From: Myxococcota bacterium
GTDB taxonomy: Bacteria; Myxococcota_A; UBA9160; SZUA-336
DNA length: 64,000 nt
NCBI GenBank assembly: GCA_965247115.1
Contig: CBDFGR010000003.1
Span: forward strand, 2,144,001-2,208,000
Reading direction: 5' to 3'
A model generated the notes under the pieces. That model saw only the letters and a program-made list of their open reading frames with translations, ran no database searches and was not told the DNA's origin. Made by a program: the position numbers and the translations under genes. Of the stretch, positions 60,304 through 64,000 are shown one piece after another (positions within the stretch are counted from its first letter, which is position 1; each line of letters begins with the position of its first letter).

Positions 60304-60873
60304 ATGAGCGATAGCGGGGAGGGCGACGTTCCTCCTGAGTCCTCGTGGTGTGAGCTCATGGAGGCCGCTCAGGGCGGAGACCGCGCTGCCTATGAGCGTC
60401 TGCTGCTCGCGATCCTTCCCGTGCTTCGTCGGCTGGTTTTCGCGCGTCTCGGAGATCCCGCCGGCGTGGAGGATGTGGTTCAGAACGTGCTCCTCTCCAT
60501 CCATCGCGCGCGGCACACCTACCAGCCGGGCCGGCCCTTCGGACCCTGGATGCGCGCGATCGCGCGCAACGCGGTCGTGGACTCCCAGCGGCAGCGGAAC
60601 GTGCGCGTGCGCCGCGAGCAGCCCCTGTCCGAGGTCGAGGAGCTCCCGGACCCGGCGGCCCCCGCTCCGGAGTCGGGGCTCTCGGACCCGCTGCGCCGAG
60701 CCCTGGAGTCCCTTCCGGCTGGCCAGAGGCAGGCCGTGGAGCTGATCCAACTTCGCGAGCTCTCCGTCGCAGAGGCGGCCAAGCAGGCTGGGATCTCACC
60801 GGGGGCGCTGAAGGTGCGCGCCCATCGGGGCTACCGTGCGTTGCGCGCATTGCTCTCGGGACAGACTCGGTGA
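60304..60873 (+). CDS. ECF RNA polymerase sigma factor
   Basis: EDVVQNVLLSIH, WMRAIARN, LPAGQRQAV, LSVAEAA..ALKVRAHRGY. Confidence 0.92.
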   Translation: MSDSGEGDVPPESSWCELMEAAQGGDRAAYERLLLAILPVLRRLVFARLGDPAGVEDVVQNVLLSIHRARHTYQPGRPFGPWMRAIARNAVVDSQRQRNVRVRREQPLSEVEELPDPAAPAPESGLSDPLRRALESLPAGQRQAVELIQLRELSVAEAAKQAGISPGALKVRAHRGYRALRALLSGQTR

Positions 60874-61544
60874 ACGATCGGCACGAAGCGCTCATCCTGG
60901 AGCTCGCGAGCGAGCTTCAGCCCGTGCAGCCGCTCTCCACGCTGCGCCGGGTTGGAGTAGCGATCGCCGGGGCAGCGCTCCTGAACGCGTGCTTGTTCCT
61001 CGGGATTCCCCTCGCGCTCGGAGTATCAGTCGAAAGCCAGACCGCCGCCGAGCTGTGGACCCTGGCCGCTCACCTGGAGCTCGCGAGCGGCGGACTCGCC
61101 CTCGCGCTCGCCTCGTCCGTCCCGGGAAGGCAGCAGCTCGAGCGAGCGGGGCTCGCGATCCTGGTGGTGGGTGTCGCCGTCGCCGTTGCGTCGGCCCCCG
61201 CGCTGCGAGGGGCTGGGCTGGAGAGGATCGAAGTCGCCTGGCTCGGGGGTGCAGGGGTCTGCACCCTGGCAGCCACCGTGCTCGCCGTTTTCCCCGCTGC
61301 AATTCTGCTGCGCTTCGTAGCTCGCGCCGAGCCCTTCCGACCCTCGTGGACGCTCGCCTTTGGAGGCCTTGGAGCACTGGCGCTGGGAGCCGTGCCTGTC
61401 CGCATAGCCTGCAACTCCGACGGTCCGTTACACGATCTCGTGGCTCACTCGTTGGCGCCGCTGACCGGTGGGCTGCTGCTCGCTATTGGACTGCTGCTCC
61501 TCTACCAGCGTCGGCTCAGGCTCTCCGAGCGTCGCACCGTCTAG
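60870..61544 (+). CDS. NrsF/DUF1109-like membrane anti-sigma factor
   Basis: LILELASELQPV N-terminus, about 6 TMs, two Cys (GVCTL, RIACNSD..H..H); GTGA overlap with the sigma gene. Confidence 0.75.
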   Translation: MNDRHEALILELASELQPVQPLSTLRRVGVAIAGAALLNACLFLGIPLALGVSVESQTAAELWTLAAHLELASGGLALALASSVPGRQQLERAGLAILVVGVAVAVASAPALRGAGLERIEVAWLGGAGVCTLAATVLAVFPAAILLRFVARAEPFRPSWTLAFGGLGALALGAVPVRIACNSDGPLHDLVAHSLAPLTGGLLLAIGLLLLYQRRLRLSERRTV

Positions 61545-62398
61545 CTCGTCCCGAACTCCTCCGGGATCGGCGCGCTGGCCGCGAAATCTCCGATCCGGAT
61601 CGAGTGGGCATGGAGCAGGTGGCGGGATAGCTCGACGGTCGAGCCGTAGAGAACGTCGCCAACCACGGGGTGGCCCAGGTGAGCCAGGGAGACGCGGAGC
61701 TGGTGGCGCAAGCCAGTACTCGGCCGCAGCTCGACGAGGCTGGTCTTCGCTCCCGGCTCGAGCGGCGCGAGCTGCGTGATCGCTTCTCTTCCGCCGCTCG
61801 TGACGACGCGCGCGTGGTCGCCCCGGTTCTCCAGGCGAAGAACGAGGGTGCTGGCGGCGTCGAGCCGACCGTGTACTCGTGCCACGTAGCGCTTCTCGGC
61901 CGATCGCTCTCGGAATGCCCGACGCGCTCGCCGCCAGGACTCTGCCTCGGTGGCGAAGAGCTGGACTCCCGAGGTGAGCACATCCAGGCGGTGAACGACG
62001 CCTGAGAGCAGGCCGCCCTCGCCCACTCCAGCCAGCCCTGGATAGTGCGCAAGCAGACCGTTCAGCAAGCTGTTCCTCTCCTCGTAGTCGAGCGGGTGGG
62101 TCGGTATTCCAGCAGGCTTGTCGACGGCAACCAGACCCAGCTCCTCACGCAGCACCGGAACTGCGAGATCGGAGTTGGGTGCCGGTCCCTCGCTGGGGTG
62201 GCGGAGCTCGAGGAGCTCCACCAGATCGCCGCGGCGCAGCATGGCACCCTTTCTGGCTGGCTGACCGGCCAGCAGGATCAGCCCGTGACCGATCAGGCGC
62301 CGCACGTAGCCCCGAGTGATGGCAAGCTCCTTCGCGACGACCACGTCGAGTCGCTGACCGGCCAGAGCTTCGCTCACCACGATCGAGCGGGGCTTCAT
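61541..62398 (-). CDS. RluA/RluD family pseudouridine synthase with S4 domain
   Basis: RLDVV, VDKPAG, VHRLDVLTSG, TGLRHQLRV, HPVVGDVLYG. Confidence 0.92.
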   Translation of the reverse strand: MKPRSIVVSEALAGQRLDVVVAKELAITRGYVRRLIGHGLILLAGQPARKGAMLRRGDLVELLELRHPSEGPAPNSDLAVPVLREELGLVAVDKPAGIPTHPLDYEERNSLLNGLLAHYPGLAGVGEGGLLSGVVHRLDVLTSGVQLFATEAESWRRARRAFRERSAEKRYVARVHGRLDAASTLVLRLENRGDHARVVTSGGREAITQLAPLEPGAKTSLVELRPSTGLRHQLRVSLAHLGHPVVGDVLYGSTVELSRHLLHAHSIRIGDFAASAPIPEEFGTS

Positions 62399-62417
62399 CG
62401 GTGTAGGACGAGGGCGC

Positions 62418-63374
62418 TCACGCGCCCCGGAAAGAGATCCGGGCGCCACTCTTCTCCAGATCGCGCAGGATCCGGGCCGGGGGGAGCCCTTCGCGCGGGG
62501 TCAGGAGACCCGCGGGAAGCTCGCGCGCGAGGATCGCCTCGACGAGCGAGCCTGCCACGGCGCATGCCGCAGCCGGCGCGTCGCTGCAGCTGACGTCGAT
62601 CCTGGCCTCGGGCTCATGCTGGCTCGCGTCCATCCTGGCCTCGGCACTGACGATGAAGGGCCCCCGGCTCCTGGCTTTCGTAATGGGCTCGAGGAGACGG
62701 CCGGGGAGCCAGGGGTACGGCTCCAGGTAGAGAAGACGCTCCACGCAGTGCGCCCCCGCGAAGCCCGCAAGGTCGAGGCTCTCGGAGCCCCCTAGCCACT
62801 GCGATCCCAGCGGTGCGGGGAAGCGAAAACGAACGGGCAAGCCGCGCGTCGTCCTTGCTCGCGCCTCGTCTGCGTCGCCACGTGCGGTCTCCGTCTGTTG
62901 CCAAGGGCCGGTCGACGCGATGCGCAGCTCGCGAATGAAGCGAAAGCGACGCACCAGGCTCTCAGCAAGCACGCCGGGCAAACCGGGCACAGCCCCCGCC
63001 TGGAGCACCACGGGCACCTGCGCTTTCCACGCGGTCTCGCCGAGCACGTCAAGCGATCGCTCGTCGAGCCGCAACGCGCTCAGACCGACGAAGGGCACTC
63101 GCGTGGAGAGTGCCGCGGAGATCGCCGACGTGAGCTCGCCTCCGCAACAGGCGACGACCGCGTCTGCCCCCTCGAGGACTCGGCGCAGCGGGCGCATGTC
63201 TCTGGCGTCGCAGTACGCGCCGCGGACGCGATCCCCGAAGCCCACCGCCACAGCATCCGCACGCTGAACGCTTCGCCCGGCGACGACAACGTGCGCGCCT
63301 GTTCGCTGCACGAGCTCGCGCACACAGCACCGACCCAGATGTCCGTACCCCCCGAGCACGACCACCTCTGGCAT
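62418..63374 (-). CDS. Saccharopine dehydrogenase-like NAD(P)-binding oxidoreductase
   Basis: VVLGGYGHLG, VVAGRS, AGAVPGL. Confidence 0.75.
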   Translation of the reverse strand: MPEVVVLGGYGHLGRCCVRELVQRTGAHVVVAGRSVQRADAVAVGFGDRVRGAYCDARDMRPLRRVLEGADAVVACCGGELTSAISAALSTRVPFVGLSALRLDERSLDVLGETAWKAQVPVVLQAGAVPGLPGVLAESLVRRFRFIRELRIASTGPWQQTETARGDADEARARTTRGLPVRFRFPAPLGSQWLGGSESLDLAGFAGAHCVERLLYLEPYPWLPGRLLEPITKARSRGPFIVSAEARMDASQHEPEARIDVSCSDAPAAACAVAGSLVEAILARELPAGLLTPREGLPPARILRDLEKSGARISFRGA

Positions 63375-63406
63375 ACCGAGAGAGTCTAGCGGGTCTTGCG
63401 GGCCTG

Positions 63407-63731
63407 GTCTTGTGGGACCCGGCGCGCGAGCGGTCGCGCGCCACCCACCTCCGCTCAGGGCTACGCCCTTCGCTGCGCGCCGCGTTCGCGGCGCTTGCAT
63501 AGGTGCCAAGCCCCGTAGGATGGAACCTGAACTTGGAGGACCGTCCCTAGGTTCTAACGGAATAAGTTCAGATTAAGGAGTCCCTAAGTTCAGATTCCGT
63601 GGAGAACCGGCTACCTTCTGCGGGGCTTGGCAACCGTGCAAGCGCCGCGAACGCGGCGCGCGCAGCGAAGGCCGTAGGCCTGAGCGGAGGTGGGTGGGCC
63701 GCGGACGCCCGCGGCCCGGGTCCCACAAGAC
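63407..63731. repeat. Composite locus: family-B (-) 63407-63499, family-A end fragments 63528-63594, family-B (+) 63637-63731
   Basis: Direct sequence matches to both repeat consensuses; the arms extend inward as TGCCAAGCCCCGTAGGA / TTCTGCGGGGCTTGGCA. Confidence 0.88.
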
Positions 63732-64000
63732 TAAGGAGCGGGCTCGGAGGTGATGGCGTAGCCGGCGTCGGCGCGGATGGTGAGCTGGCGTTTGCCATCG
63801 AGGTCCTTGATGACGGGGAGGACGGGGACGACAGGGCGTTTGCGCGAGGCGGTGAGGGCGGCCTCGGAGCTCTCGAAGCCTGCGAGCGTGTCCAGGTTGC
63901 GGGCCGTGGGAAAGATGAGTCGGAGCTCTCCGCGTTTGGAACGCTCGAGCGCATCTTCCGGGCGGGTCCAGACGTGGTTCGTGGACTCGATCCCATCGTG
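63731..64000 (-). CDS. C-terminal part of a probable NUDIX hydrolase (5' end outside window)
   Basis: Manual translation HDGIESTNHVWTRPEDALERSKRGELRLIFPTARNLDTL...SEPAP*; resembles NUDT19-like C-termini. Confidence 0.6.
   Translation of the reverse strand, partial: HDGIESTNHVWTRPEDALERSKRGELRLIFPTARNLDTLAGFESSEAALTASRKRPVVPVLPVIKDLDGKRQLTIRADAGYAITSEPAP

Overview
High-GC bacterial chromosomal window, roughly 65-70% GC by eye. Gene content suggests a Myxococcota/'Deltaproteobacteria'-like organism (inference). It holds about 60 mostly housekeeping or metabolic CDSs, including cofG/cofH, rfbB, a DnaA paralogue, leuCD, archaeal-type purO, dapL, aroC, mutY, acs, pepP, rnd, proS, three acyl-CoA dehydrogenases and an ECF sigma/NrsF-like pair. 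I found no rRNA, tRNA or CRISPR array. The most notable signals are: (1) A frameshifted HUH/Y1 (RAYT-type) transposase with a DnaA-domain-IV-like HTH sits between 34-bp inverted repeats. Gene-less ~155-bp derivatives of it are nested in a second ~93-bp three-hairpin repeat family that shows compensatory base changes. Coding DNA flanking these repeat loci is C-rich on the left and G-rich on the right regardless of gene orientation. (2) An exported peroxiredoxin has UGA at its peroxidatic Cys position, followed by a SECIS-like hairpin (probable selenoprotein). (3) A stand-alone histone-fold protein carries a Lys/Arg-rich N-terminal tail. (4) A class-III aminotransferase-LuxE-LuxC operon lacks luciferase. 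(5) TANNNT boxes lie 5-10 nt before many start codons, a leaderless-mRNA signature. All calls come from reading motifs by eye; no database searches were run.
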